From: Podarcis filfolensis
Taxonomy: Eukaryota
DNA: 64,000 nt
Assembly (NCBI GenBank): GCA_964270895.1
Contig: OZ185446.1
Strand: one strand, 5' to 3'
The notes beneath the pieces are model-generated. The model did no database searches and was not told where the DNA came from. It worked only from the letters and a program-made list of their open reading frames with translations. This document shows, piece after piece, positions 39,975 through 52,315 of this stretch (within the stretch, counting starts at the first letter, position 1; each line of letters begins with the position of its first letter). The position numbers and the translations under genes were made by a program.

Positions 39975-40391
39975 GTACAAGTGCTGGAATCTGGAGGCAG
40001 TGATGCGCTGGAGAAAGCCTAATAAACTGAGGCTGAATCCTAACAAGACTGTGGGGAAGATGGCTTTGGGGTCTTAGAATACCTGGGGCCCAGTATACCT
40101 GAAGGAGCGTCTCCACCCCCATCGTTCTGCCCGGATGCTGAGGTCCAGCGCCAAGGGCCTTCTGGCAGTTCCCTCACTGCGAGAAGCAAAGCTACAGGGA
40201 ACCAGGCAGAGGGCCTTCTCGGTAGTGGCGCCCGCCCTGTGGAACACCCTCCCATCAGATGTCAAAGTGATAAACAACTACCTGACATTCAGAAGACATC
40301 TTAAGGCAGCCCTGTTCAGGGAAGTTTTAATGTGTGACATCTTAGTGTATTTTTGGTCTCTGTGGAAGCCGCCCAGAGTGGCTGGGGAAAC
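39975..40391 (+). mobile_element. L2 LINE: older ORF2 piece joined to a younger 3' end
   Basis: NKLRLNPNKT-like ORF2 motif near 40020-40050, then RAFSVVAPALWNTLP and the 3' end TGTGGAAGCCGCCCAGAGTGGCTGGGGAAACC. Confidence 0.8.
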
Positions 40392-42149
40392 CATTTGTTA
40401 CCCGGAGCAGTAAAATGGGAACACATTACGCTAATCCTGAGCGCACTGCAGTGTTGGTACTAATGCACAAAGCTTCATACCCTTCATGAGTATGGCCTGT
40501 GAGGGGAGAGACTCCATCAGGCAAGGCCTCTTTCCACCTGCCTTGCCCCATCCCCTGGCCCTGGGACTCCTCATAAGGAAGCTGTGCCTGGAGGAAGAAC
40601 TGTGAGGGGCGACACTCCATCAGGCAAGGCCTCCTTCCACCTGCCTTGCTCCACCCTCTAGTCTCTGCTTCTCAATTTGTATTGTATTATTTTATGTACT
40701 GTGGCTTGCCATTGTTTTATTGGCTATAGTTTAGAAATTATTTATTGTAACTGTTGAGTGGATTTCTGTTTAACTTCTATATGTTGTTATTATTTAATAC
40801 TATTCTAAAATTTGTTGAATATTACTTTTTTGATGTAGGTTGCCAATTTTAAAGTTTTATTATCACATTTTTGTATTGTATTAGATTGTTATAAAATGTA
40901 CATTTTTTGTTTCTTCAGCTTGTAAACCAGCTTGTAGAACCATCTTCTATTGTAAGATAGAAAGACGGTATACAAATTTAAAAAAAACAAAAAACTATAT
41001 GGCCCAGGGGGAAACTACATGAAGCTAGGCCTCCCCCGATGGCTAGTTGTCCCCAATATTGTTTTACTTCTGTGAGAGATTAAGACCTGTTTTTGCAAGC
41101 CTTTGGAGTATAGTATGAGAGGCCTTACTGTATATTACTGTTATACGGTACTGTACATTGTATTTTATTGTAGAGTTGTGGTTTTAACCTGGAGGAGGTG
41201 AGTATAAGGAGGTTAAAAAACTGGAACTGGCTATAACTTTAAAAATTATTACAATGCAATAATAAATGAAGAATTAACACTTCAGCTATGTATTTTTAAG
41301 AAATGTTTCTGAAGTTGGGCACTTTTTTGTGTTGCGTTAAAGGAATACTGTTAGCCATTCTGGGCTCGTGTGATAGGAAGAAATAAAATATTAATACCAG
41401 CACACATTTTTGCTGGAACGGTGCATCTGGGGAAATGGAAAGATTATATATTAGACCTCAATAGAATTTGAAACCAGGGGTTTTTTTTTGGATGGTGGAA
41501 GGGAACAAGAGAACAGAAAATATACTTCTATTCAGAATTCACCAAGCACAATGATGTGTCTCTTCTTTTGTTGCCAGCACTTCTTACTCATAAGGTATAC
41601 TACTTCCAAATATGGAGGCTCTCAGGGCAAATATCCACTAAAAGATATCCTACATAAATTTGTATTCTTTTTTTAAAGGCATCTTATAGTAATAATAGTG
41701 GTAGTAGCAGTAGTAGTGGTGGCGGTAATGCTTCCTGTTTCACTGTACAAGAAATTTGTACATGAATCATTACCCTTAGTAGTTTAGGGTCCTGCACTGT
41801 TCCTGCTTAAATTCTATTTAAAACACACACACAAATCCACAAGCTAAACATGCCTGTTCCCAACATCCTATTCCATACTGAACTACATGTTTCCTCAGAT
41901 CATTAGCAAACATTCCTGCATACTGAAAGCAAAGATCCCCCCCCCCCCCCGGCAAAAAAAGCATGGTATATTACGGGATCTTGATCATCAGGGACCCCTA
42001 ATATATTCCTGGGGAGGTTTATAATCCACCCCCAGCTCCTGACTATTTTAGACGCACTGTAGATTGAAGGGCAAAAGTGAGGTCACATTTATTTCAACAC
42101 TTCTGTAGCATAGCGCTTTTGTGAATTCTGATGTTCTGGGATTTGTTTT

Positions 42150-43090
42150 TGTGTGTGCTTGTAACGGTTGCATCTGTCACGTGAAAGAGTGGACAACTGT
42201 TAATTCAGCTTCATTTTACCGTTTGTAAGATCAATAAACCGTCGGAAAAAACACAAAAAGGGAAAGGGTTGCTTCATTTTAGAAGTCTTCTTTGCCGCTC
42301 TTGTTTAATAGCTGTTACCATCATATTTAGCTTCTGCTGCTCCTCCTGCAGATGGGAATTCACTGATTTGATTAAATTTGATGGTATGATAATGTATGGT
42401 AATAGTGATTAATCAGAAGCCCACTAGCAAATGGAGGGTGTTTGTTATTATGTCACCTGCATTTTAAATTGCATTTTCCCTCTGCCAGCCTGACACTGTT
42501 TGACAGCGTATAGAGTGCGGGGGCAGTGTTTGGAAATCTTGCACTACATCTGCTTGCTACTACTTATAGATTTGATAAGAGAAAACACTCATCACTCTGT
42601 CACTATTGTAAGTGTTGCAATTATAGGGCTGCGCAGACGAGTTGTGAAAATGGCAAGTCCTCATAAGGAAAGCTTGCCAGTAGATGCTGAGGAAGCTCAG
42701 TTGCACATCTGTAGGGGCTATAATAGGAGAGAAATGTAATTTGATTCAGCAGTCTCATTCAAACATGATTTGCATGAAATGCTGTATAAAGCTCTATCCA
42801 AGAAATGTCAATCATGACCACCTGATACCTTGTATCATGTTAAAAAGAAAACAAAATGCTTTCCAGACTATGTGGGATTCGCCACCGCTGCTGCACAGTA
42901 ATAGAGTGAAAATTTCATTTACTGCTGCTCTTCTAACAGCACCGCCATAGCAAAAGCACAATCACTGCTGCAGCAGCGCAGAAGGGGTGTTTCCCCCCCC
43001 CCAGTGCCATTTGAGATCTAACATCTAAACAAATATTATTGCTACAATCGCGTAATCCGTAATCTCTCAAATGCTCAAAATAATGTCGGT
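42150..43090. promoter_or_regulatory. Candidate conserved non-coding element (enhancer-like)
   Basis: Repeat-free, about 18 CpG in 0.95 kb, with clustered homeodomain, POU and MEIS motifs. Conservation not tested. Confidence 0.45.
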
Positions 43091-45384
43091 CACAAGACAC
43101 TCTTGAAAATGTACTTATTATAAAGACCTATTCACAAATTATATTTTATCAGAACATCTGTATGTGTAAAACAGCACCCCCCAATCCTGTACTCTCCAGG
43201 TGTTTTGTACTACAACTCTCATCCACCCCAGTCAACACAGCTGCATACTGAGCCAAATACAGGCTTGGCTCTTGGCTTCCATAATGTGTGGAAAAGGTTC
43301 TTAGACAACTGAAAAAGCAAGCCCCTCAACCACAAGAAGGAATGATTTATTAATTCTGTGGTCTTTCCCAAGAGGAATTTATCTTGATCAACCATTTCTA
43401 AAGGGGCTAGGGAGGAACATACTGCTAGTCATTTTGGATAAGGTCAAGAACTTCTTGTTTTATTATACTAAAAAATTAAAGGTGACATAGAAGAAAAAAC
43501 CCTAATTTAAACAACTATGTAAACATATGCTTATATAATGTAACGAAGAGACACATATGTGGCACTGGGAATGCAAATGCGTAAAAAACAAAACAATACT
43601 GAAATATGAACAATTTATATGATTTCTTTGAGTTGCAGTAACTTGGGCTTTCTAAAATTTTCTAAATGCACTGAAAAGCCATTAGTGTCAGAACTGTGCT
43701 CATGGACTTTGAAAGAAACTTCTACCAGTCTGAAGGCAAACACACTTCCAAGTGGCTGGTCACTATGACATGCTATCTGAAATTAACAGATCATTGTTAT
43801 GGACCCAATTCAGGAGATCATCTAAGCTGCAGAAGAAATCCTCTAAGCTATGTCCTGAGGCTGCCTTTCTGTGGAATGAAGAAGAAAAGCTTCTACTCTC
43901 ATTTTTGAAGAAGAACTGCAATTCTGCATTATGCATGAATTCGGGGAGCTGTTATTTATTCTAACGAAAGTCGGTCCACAAACCGGGTGGGAGGGGACTA
44001 CAATTTCATGAGAGAAACATGGAATCCTGACTTCCAAACTAGTAAGCTATTTGCTATTAGAATTCAATCCATAATTGACTGGCTAGAGAAAGGCAGGACT
44101 TTTTTTCTACTTTTCTTCAGTTTAGGCTCAGTAATGATGCTGCTTTACTCCTCCCTCTCCCTTCAACTTCTGGCAGCAGGGCATGGCAGGAATAGCAAAA
44201 TGGCAGCCCACAGATTAAGACTGGCCTCCAAAGGACCTACCAAATGTATTGAACGTGTGATTAAACAACACATTCTACTAGTTTTACAATGTCACCTGCA
44301 ATCTGGAAAAACAAAAATCACCATACCACCATCCTGACGTTTCAGGAGATCTTTCAGGAACTACATTTGTTCCGCAGCACTTGTTTCCTCTCAGTAACAT
44401 CATATCAGCAAAGCTCATGTGCTCTGCATCTGAATACCCTACAAGGCAATGCCAACTAAATTATAGAACTGGATCGTCCATGGGTCACTGTTTGCACCTC
44501 TGAACAAAATACGAGCAGCAACTGAGAATATGGACTAGTAATCCTTGGCCCCCCACAATAATTTATTCTATAGGCATTGTGGAGTTCATCTAATAATGGC
44601 TACACATATATATTATATTCTTTTTTAAAAAAAACTTTCAAGTTTTGTTGACTGGCATCATCTACAACTTGGGTGTTTTTCAGAATGAAATGTGACTGAT
44701 GTGTAACAGCCATCAAGTTCCTATTTCAAATGAGCAGTTGCTCATATGAAAACCTCGCCTTAATTTAGTAAAAAGTAAGGCTGTCTCATTCCTCATATGC
44801 ATCCATTTTCTGTAAAATTAGATAAATGAAAATACTTAAACCACAGGATTCAAAGCATTTTTGGCATGTTGTAATACAGATTTATGCAGTAATTGCAATG
44901 ACTATTAGTAATCCCTCACAGAAAAAAACAGACCAGTAATTGATTATGTAAGGAAAACTAATCATCCTATTAAAAGACCATGGATGGTACAAATCCACTC
45001 TCACATTTTGAGGTGTACATTTTCTACTTGCAACTATTTTTTGTCTTAGAATCTACGGTCAAGCAGACAGGCTTTGCATATATTAACAATTATTTTATAG
45101 CTAGTTTTCCTAAAGCTTCTTTAAGTATTCAAAGGGAACTCAAAACACGTGGTCCTTCCACAGTCTGGAAACAATACCTATCTGGGAATTTAAGAGCATG
45201 GCATCAATAACACACAACTGACACCCAGCAAGATCTCTCCCTACCATCGTAACCAGGAAAGATTGTGCAAATGCAGTACAGGAGGCAGGAATGTACTGGG
45301 CGAGTCAATAAACTGACTTCCTGGCATTATGTGAATGGCTGGTTCCATTAATTAGTAGCCAGTCAATTCAGGATGGAGTAGCAG

Positions 45385-45620
45385 TCCCCATGAAAGAAGA
45401 GGTGTGCAGTCTAGGGATACTCCAAGATACCAAGCCATCACTGGAGGTCCAAGTGGTCACAGTGGTGAGGAGTGCCTATGCCCAGCTTCAGCTACTGCAC
45501 TACCTTCAAACATTCTTGGATCAGGACAACCTTGATACTATAGCCCACATTATTCAGTAATCCAAACTGGTTGGATTATCAATGTGCTCTACATGGGGAT
45601 ATCCCTGAAAATGGCAAGGA
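45385..45620 (+). mobile_element. Degenerate L2 ORF2 fragment
   Basis: Translates to a DGVAVPMKEEVCSLGIL...SLEVQVVTVVRSAYAQL-like L2 post-RT segment. Confidence 0.65.
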
Positions 45621-46186
45621 CTGGCAAGGTGGGATTATATGACTTTGATCCTGAGGAGTAAGAAGAAGAACTGATGTCAGAGAAGTAAATCAATCAAGGA
45701 GAAAGAGAAAGTGTATTTTAGAAACCAAAAATAAGAAAAGGGGGTAGAATTAGCCAGTGTCAACTCAACATCTGCTATTAAATGCTTAAAATAAGTACAA
45801 AACTAGTACAGATATTTATATTTTCCAAGCACAACACATTTTAAGTATGACCTTTTTATTAAATTAGCATTCCTCCTATTTATATTGAAAAGACTGTAAT
45901 GAACAGGAAAGTCATTTTTTAAAAAAATCATTGCACTTTTCTATTTTAACACTCCCCATTGGAGAGAGTGGCTCGACAATTTTACAATTAAACAAAATTA
46001 ATTCTGCTCTCAGAAATTCATTGATCTTAAGCTTCTAACAAACATTTTCTACTGCACAGATCATTGTCAATATTTACAAAACCTTAAAATTATATTTCAC
46101 TGGCACCGCTTTTATTTGCCATATTAATATTTCTTTGCAAATGTATGCTTATCCATATCAGAGAAGAAAAAACAGCTGCTACTCAC

Positions 46187-46245
46187 AGGAAATCTCTGGG
46201 GTCCTACAGCAGGTCTTGGCTGGTTTGGGACTGGCAGCAAGGGCA
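46187..46245 (-). CDS. RBM33: RBM33 59-nt coding exon (V|PLLPVPNQPRPAVGPQRFP)
   Basis: Acceptor ttgtttttag|TG, donor CCT|GTGAGT. Phase 1 to 0. Near-identical to human VPLLPVPSQPRPAVGPQRFP as recalled. Confidence 0.95.
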
Positions 46246-46576
46246 CTAAAAACAAGGAGCACACCTTTTAAATCAATTTGTTTTAGCCAAGACTCTAGGC
46301 CATTTTTATAAGCAGTCATATTCATAGGCAGCTGCTTCCCCGTTCTTCCAAATAGCTGCAGGCAGGAAAAATTTACTAAGAGCATTCAACAGGGCAATTG
46401 GGATTCAGCTAGCAAAGGCAACACACGAATTTTGTACAATTAAACAATATATATGTGAATGAATGATCAATTATAAAGTTAACTTGTCATGTTGGTTCTG
46501 AAGTAGGTGTTACCCAACAACTGGACTCAAAAGATCACAAATAAAACAAATTGGTACCACTTCCAGGTATCAGGTA

Positions 46577-46802
46577 CAGTCATATCTCTGGTTGCAAACG
46601 TGATCCGTGCGGGAGACACGTTCGCAACCCACAGCGTTTGCAGCCTGAAGCACCACGTCTGTGCATGCGTGTGACACAATTCAGAGCTTCTGCACATGCG
46701 CGTGACGTCATTTTGTGCTTCTGTGCATGTGCGAGCACCAAAACCTGGTCCGCAACCCCAAAAACGCACAACCCACAGCATTCGTAACCCGAGGTATGAC
46801 TG
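46577..46802. mobile_element. Tc1/mariner-type MITE related to 12831 and 14401
   Basis: TA-CAGTCATATCTC...GAGGTATGACTG-TA. Confidence 0.88.
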
Positions 46803-46983
46803 TATTCAAAGAATCTAGATGATTTTGTAGTTCAAATACTGGAATGAATGGAAGGAGTGAAGCATGTTGACATTTTAAAGTCAGCATTCAATACACACAC
46901 ACTTGCTGGACTTGCCTGAATTAAAAATGTTTTCATTTAATGGAAATGTTCTCTATACGCTGGCAGTAAACACCAAGGCAGTA

Positions 46984-47219
46984 CAGTTGTACCCTGGATC
47001 TTGAACGCCTTGGCTCCCAAACAAACCGGCTCCCAAATGATCGAAACCCGGAAGTGAGTGTTCCAATTTTCGAGCTTTCTTTTGGAAGTCGAACATCTGA
47101 CAGGGCCTCTGATTGGCTGCAGGCGCTTCCTTCCTGCAGCCAATCAGAAGCCACGCTTTGGTTTTGGAAGTCAATCAAACTTCAAGAATGGATTCCAATC
47201 AACTTTCAAGGTACGACTG
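46984..47219. mobile_element. Tc1/mariner-type MITE with internal hairpin
   Basis: TA-CAGTTGTACC...GGTACGACTG-TA, with internal CTGATTGGCTGCAGG / CCTGCAGCCAATCAG. Confidence 0.85.
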
Positions 47220-47344
47220 TATATATATGACTGAATAGACACCTTTCCCCTACTTCAGCAATACCCCATCCCTTTCATACAAGCACACCTCTGCATAAAT
47301 GAAGGCAGTAAAACAGCAGTACATGCAGAATAATCACAGAATTT

Positions 47345-47407
47345 TATTCTGTGAACCACCCTGAGACCCCCGGGTATAGGGCAGTATATAAATTATCATC
47401 ATCATCA
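47345..47407 (+). mobile_element. L2 LINE 3' end with (ATC)n tail
   Basis: TGTGAACCACCCTGAGACCCCCGGGTATAGGGCAGTATATAAAT, same family as 31030. Confidence 0.75.
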
Positions 47408-47496
47408 CATGTGAATTGTACTTATAGAACTGGAGGGGGCTGCTCCAGGACAAAACTATAGGCTGTTTATAGTGTTGCTTTCTGACAAAATCTCAC

Positions 47497-47773
47497 CTTG
47501 CACAGGTGTTACTACAGTTCCTTTGAAGTGTGGGTTTATATGTATGTTTTTTGGCTGCTGAGATGTCACTGGAGGAGGATTCATCAGCATTCTTGGTGCT
47601 TCTAGCTGGGGTGGCATATGCATCCCTTGAGGCGGAGGTGGTGTATGAAGCTGAGGGGGAATGGGTAACAGCCCCTGCAACTGTTGCTGCTGCTGTTGTT
47701 GTTGTTGTTGTTGCTGCTGCTGGAAGAGATTCCTAATGGGCTGTTGATGACGAAATATCCTTTCCGAATGTGT
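47497..47773 (-). CDS. RBM33: RBM33 coding exon with polyQ (THSERIFRHQQPIRNLF(Q)14LQGLL...KNIHINPHFKGTVVTPVQ)
   Basis: Acceptor ttttctttttag|ACA, donor CAAG|GTGAGA. 277 nt, phase 0 to 1. Contains the RBM33 motif KNIHINPHFKG. Confidence 0.96.
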
Positions 47774-48493
47774 CTAAAAAGAAAACACAGAAAATCACAT
47801 TTGCTCGAAATTGTAATCACCTTAAAAAAATTTAAAAAAACAAAAACAAGAGGCATCCCCTGAGACTACTGACTACACTCCTGGAAGTTTGATATCCACA
47901 GGCTTATGAGCCATGATAGCTAAATGGAAACTCCATGTACACAGGAAGCCCAATGTGCGAGGAGGGAGAGGCACCAGCAGCTTCTCAGAAAGTGGAGGCT
48001 TTCAGCATCAAGATTATAGTAGCTACCAGTCCCATTCCTTTACATTCTCCCACCAGAATGTTCTCCCACTCAGAATGCTACTACTGCAAACATACCCAGC
48101 CTCGTATCTACTCTTGATATAAAAGCTACACCAGCTTTCTGCACTACATGGAGCCTCACTGGAAACTCAGCGAAGTTAAAAGCAGTTTCTGACATTGGTC
48201 CTTGGCTACTCCTAAAATAGCCCCCCCCCCCACCCGGCAAGAACTTGGGGCACAGGATCTCTCAGAAACCTCAGGATGGGGCAGTGGAGGAACCATGCTC
48301 ATGTATATGCTCTGCCAACAGTGGCTTGGACTTGTGTAGGGGCAGGCACAATCAAAGGTGCTTGCATTCCCATCAATAAATGAACTATTGAATTCAACCT
48401 TAAGCACCTTAATGCAGTCAGTGTTTTCAACAATTTTGCTTAAATAACTAAAATTCACCAACCCTGACCACCATAATCATTGCGTTTGGATAC

Positions 48494-48717
48494 CGTAACA
48501 GATGTCTGGGTCGACAGCAACGCAGGCCTGTGATCCTTCATTCTTCCCCTTTCATTGTTGTCTCTTCTTTGTTCTCCCATCCCACGACACATTAAAGGCC
48601 CTCCTCTCCTTCCTCCTCCTCCTCCTCCTCCTCTTCTTGAGCCATAACGCCCCTGCTTCATTTGCCTTTCCCTCTCTTCAAATTCAAATAACGCTGCTTT
48701 GGCTTCTGCAGAAAGTT
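48494..48717 (-). CDS. RBM33: RBM33 coding exon (ELSAEAKAALFEFEERERQMKQGRYGSRR(G)7RRGGPLMCRG...TQTSVT)
   Basis: Acceptor ctgatag|AA, donor ACG|GTATCC. 224 nt, phase 1 to 0. Overlaps ORF 48455-48661. Confidence 0.95.
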
Positions 48718-51589
48718 CTATCAGATGAAAGAAGGGGGTGCTTTTAGATATTTACCAGGAGGATTAAAAGGACTAATGAAGTAATAAAAATTTTTCCCTG
48801 CAGCCACAACAAAATTGCACAGCCACCCATCACCCTGATTATAGGGCACACACATTACTTTTACCAGATCTTTTTAATTTGCAAACAGAAATGCATCCTT
48901 GCATTTATCAAGAAAGAAATGTTTTATTCTTCCAAGAGTGGCTTACAGCTATTGAATTTCTTAAAGCAGATTTCCACCAACACCTCAAATCAGATTGCTC
49001 TTCAAGATCCATCTGTGAAACTATTTTATTTTTCCTGTCTCTCACAATAACCTTAATGTAGCATACTATAGTTAGCAGAGGTTGTACAGCTATTATCTGA
49101 TCAGATTTCATTAAACATATCAATAACAGGTGTGCTTTAAGTAATATGGAAACAACAGATTTCCAGAACAGGTTGGAAAATGTGTATAAATAAAATGCAT
49201 CAAGATGTATAGTTGAAATGGATTTTATAATTGATTCCACGGCAACTTCCTGGATCAACATCAGTAACCACCACCTCTATTTCTTTAGATTTAGATATCA
49301 CTACAAGGTTTCCCTTCCAGTTGAAGCAAATCTCAATAAATTCAATCAGAACTGCCTTAGCAGAAAGTCAAGCATTTGCTTTTCTTCATTTTCCCAGGCA
49401 AAAGGGTTGTAGGGTGACCAAATGCATACCTTTAAGATGCAAATCTCTGCAAGCAGTTTTAAATAACACACAAAATGTGTGTTACACACTTAACGTAACC
49501 ATAGTATGCTTCCATTTTAGTTCCCAGATGTTGAAAGCAGCCCTATACATGGTCTGCAGGACATCTCCAGCAGAAAGGAGCTCTACAACTGTATAGAGAA
49601 ACAATTTCTCTGGTTCCTCGGCAGAAGCAAGAAGAAAGGTCAAACATCTAATCCACAATAGAAGGTAGAGGACAAACCTGAGCCTCAAGCTGTGGACATG
49701 ATTTGATAGAACTAACACAGCTCCCTTGCCTGTCTGCAATTTCTTGTTGCTTATGGCTGCCTGACAAGTGTTTATATGGCCTGAAGGAAAGTGAGGCCAG
49801 CGCCTTGCTGAAGGTCTGGGTCTGGCCAGTGTCTGGATGGGGGAACTACACGTATAGCTTGATGGATTCCATTACAGACAAAAGGCAGGATATAAATGTA
49901 AGAAAATTAATTAAATGCAAGGCTTTGCTAGTGCTATTTGAGCAAGTTAAATGCCTCAGTTTTACCACCATGGAGGAAAATACTTTTCCCTTCATTCGAG
50001 GAAAAAAATAATTCAACTTACGTCAAGCATGCCTTTTTCTATAATCACAATAAAGGTTCCATTACATAGCAGACTGCAATGGAGCTCACGGCTTAATTTT
50101 TAATTTCATTTTGAATTTGTTACTTAAGGCAACAGATTCAGAAATATATTCGGGGCTGTTAAATAAAGCAAAGCCTGGGCAATACTAATGCTCAGTTTCT
50201 AAACTCTCACTGCTCATTCCAACACACACACACACACAAATGCTTAGAGGTTTTGTATTGAGTAAGCAGTATATTAATTTTGTTAAATGCATATAAATAA
50301 AAATGGAGTTTGGCTATGGAACTCACAACTCTGTACTTCTCATACCTGAAAGCTTTTCCCTTTCGTTTTTTGTAGGAGGAAGGGGCTTGACACCACAATT
50401 AATTGCTTGCTTTATGCAACCAAACTGAAGGAATCTGGTATTTACAACTGTGCTGTACAAGCACACTGACAACCTTGTTATGCAGTTCTATTACTTTTTT
50501 CTTTTGTATTTTACAGCCTTGACAAAGGAGCACAAAATGCTCGAAAGGACACTCTCGACTCTGATCTGATCCTGTCCCACAGAATCAGAAAAGTATGTTT
50601 TCCAGTTTTAAGAGCAAGAAGGGTGTGCAGCTGAGTGCATAGCTCCCATGCACTTGCTACATAGCATACCTCCTCATCAAGCACTTCTCTCCCAATCAAG
50701 CTCACTTCCAACATCAGAGCACAGCTTAGAAAAGTGCCTGGGGAGACAGACTGCAGGGAGCCAGGCCACAAACAGAGACGACACCCCCTGTAAACTAAAG
50801 CTGGAAATGTGTGTGACTGCAGTAGCTTCACAGCCCTCAGACCCATACAGTTGGATTTATGTCCTTCCCGATCCCAAAAAAAGCAGGCATACTACAATAC
50901 AGCCCTATTCATTTATTTCAAAATAGTATGTGGGGGTGTGGACAATAAGGATGCCCCAGCTGGGAGGGGCCCAGAACAGAAAACCTGCTCTGGTGTGAGA
51001 TCTTCATATCTCAGGACTGCCCATTGCTTCCCAGCTCCACCAAAATGATTCTGATTAGAGGTCTCCCTCGGGAGGTTGTGGGCTCTCCTTTCTTGGAGTT
51101 TTTTTAACAGAGCTTGGATGGCCAGCTGAGATTCCTGCATTGCAGAGGGGTGGACTTGATGATCCTCCTGGTCCCTCTATGAGGAATGCTCAGGAGCAGT
51201 CCACAAGTGCTAGCACATCTCTGCTAGGGCAAGGAAGCAATTGCTTCAGGGATGTAATGAAAGCCAGCTCCCTCCCCTCCAAAAAAAGAACCAGCTGGGG
51301 AGGAGGGAGAAAATGGGCTCTTCCTCTCCTCCAGTCAAGAGTTTTTGTTTTGTTCTGTGTTTGGTTTTTTACACAAGATGGAGAGAGGGGAGAAATCATT
51401 TCCCCAAGAATCCTTTATCCTCTGCCTTCCACTCATAATTCCTTATTCCTACTAGTGCCATTCTCAACTGATTTGTCCATGGGTATTCATTCATTAGAAG
51501 CCTTTATATTCAGCTTCTCCTGCACTTGGGGTATCTCACACCTTTGAAAGCAGGTACCTAAAAAAAAATGAGTAAACATCCATTAACAG

Positions 51590-51721
51590 CAGGCATAGGC
51601 AAACTCAGCCCTCCAGATGTTTTGGGACTACAACTCCCATCATCCCTAGCTAACAGGACCAGTGGTCTGGGATGTTGGGAGTTGTAGTCCCAAAACATCT
51701 GGAGGGCCGAGTTTGCCATGC
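51590..51721. mobile_element. Near-perfect palindromic hAT-like MITE
   Basis: GGCAAACTCAGCCCTCCAGATGTTTTGGGACTACAACTCCCA mirrored by TGGGAGTTGTAGTCCCAAAACATCTGGAGGGCCGAGTTTGCC. Confidence 0.85.
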
Positions 51722-51977
51722 TTTGCTTCCTGCTGCAAGATGGAGCATGAAGAAGAGCACCAGATGAAGATCTTAACTGGATTGGATCACATATGAGAAG
51801 TGATATAAGACAAAGCTCTGTACCTAACATGAAAGAGTACCCTCGAAAGGAATTGTTGAATTACTGAGAAATCTTACACCTTCACATGAGCAACGAGAAG
51901 GGATCCAGAGGCCTTTGTGTGATCCACTGCATGAGGACTTTTCAGCTGCCATTCCCACTTCAGAGCCCATACGCTCT

Positions 51978-52315
51978 CATAAGAACCTAAGAGGAGCCTG
52001 TTGGATCAAGCAGCCTGTTTTCACAGTGACCAACCAGATGCCTATGGGAAGCCTGAAAGCAGGACCAAAGTTCTCCCCACTTGTGATTTCCAGCAACCGG
52101 CATTCAGAGTCAGGCTGCCTCCAACAGTGGAGGTGAAACACAGCCGTCATAGCTGATATTGTCCACGAATCAGTCTAATCCTCTTTTAAAGCTATCCAAG
52201 TTGATGGCCACCACTACCTTCTTGGGGAAGTGAATTCCAAAGCTGTGTACTGTATGAAGTACTTTCTTTTGTCTATCCTGAACCTTCCAATATATAGTTT
52301 CATTGGATGTCGACA
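51978..52315 (-). mobile_element. CR1 LINE 3' region
   Basis: Reverse tail CATAAGAACCTAAGA and a typical CR1 3' body. Confidence 0.6.

Noticed and set aside
41937-41950. Poly-C/poly-G runs here and across the window as G-quadruplex signals
   Set aside because: Single homopolymer runs are frequent throughout and their lengths are error-prone; no specific pattern.
51140-51547. 135-aa + strand ORF
   Set aside because: No recognisable domain; antisense intronic chance ORF.
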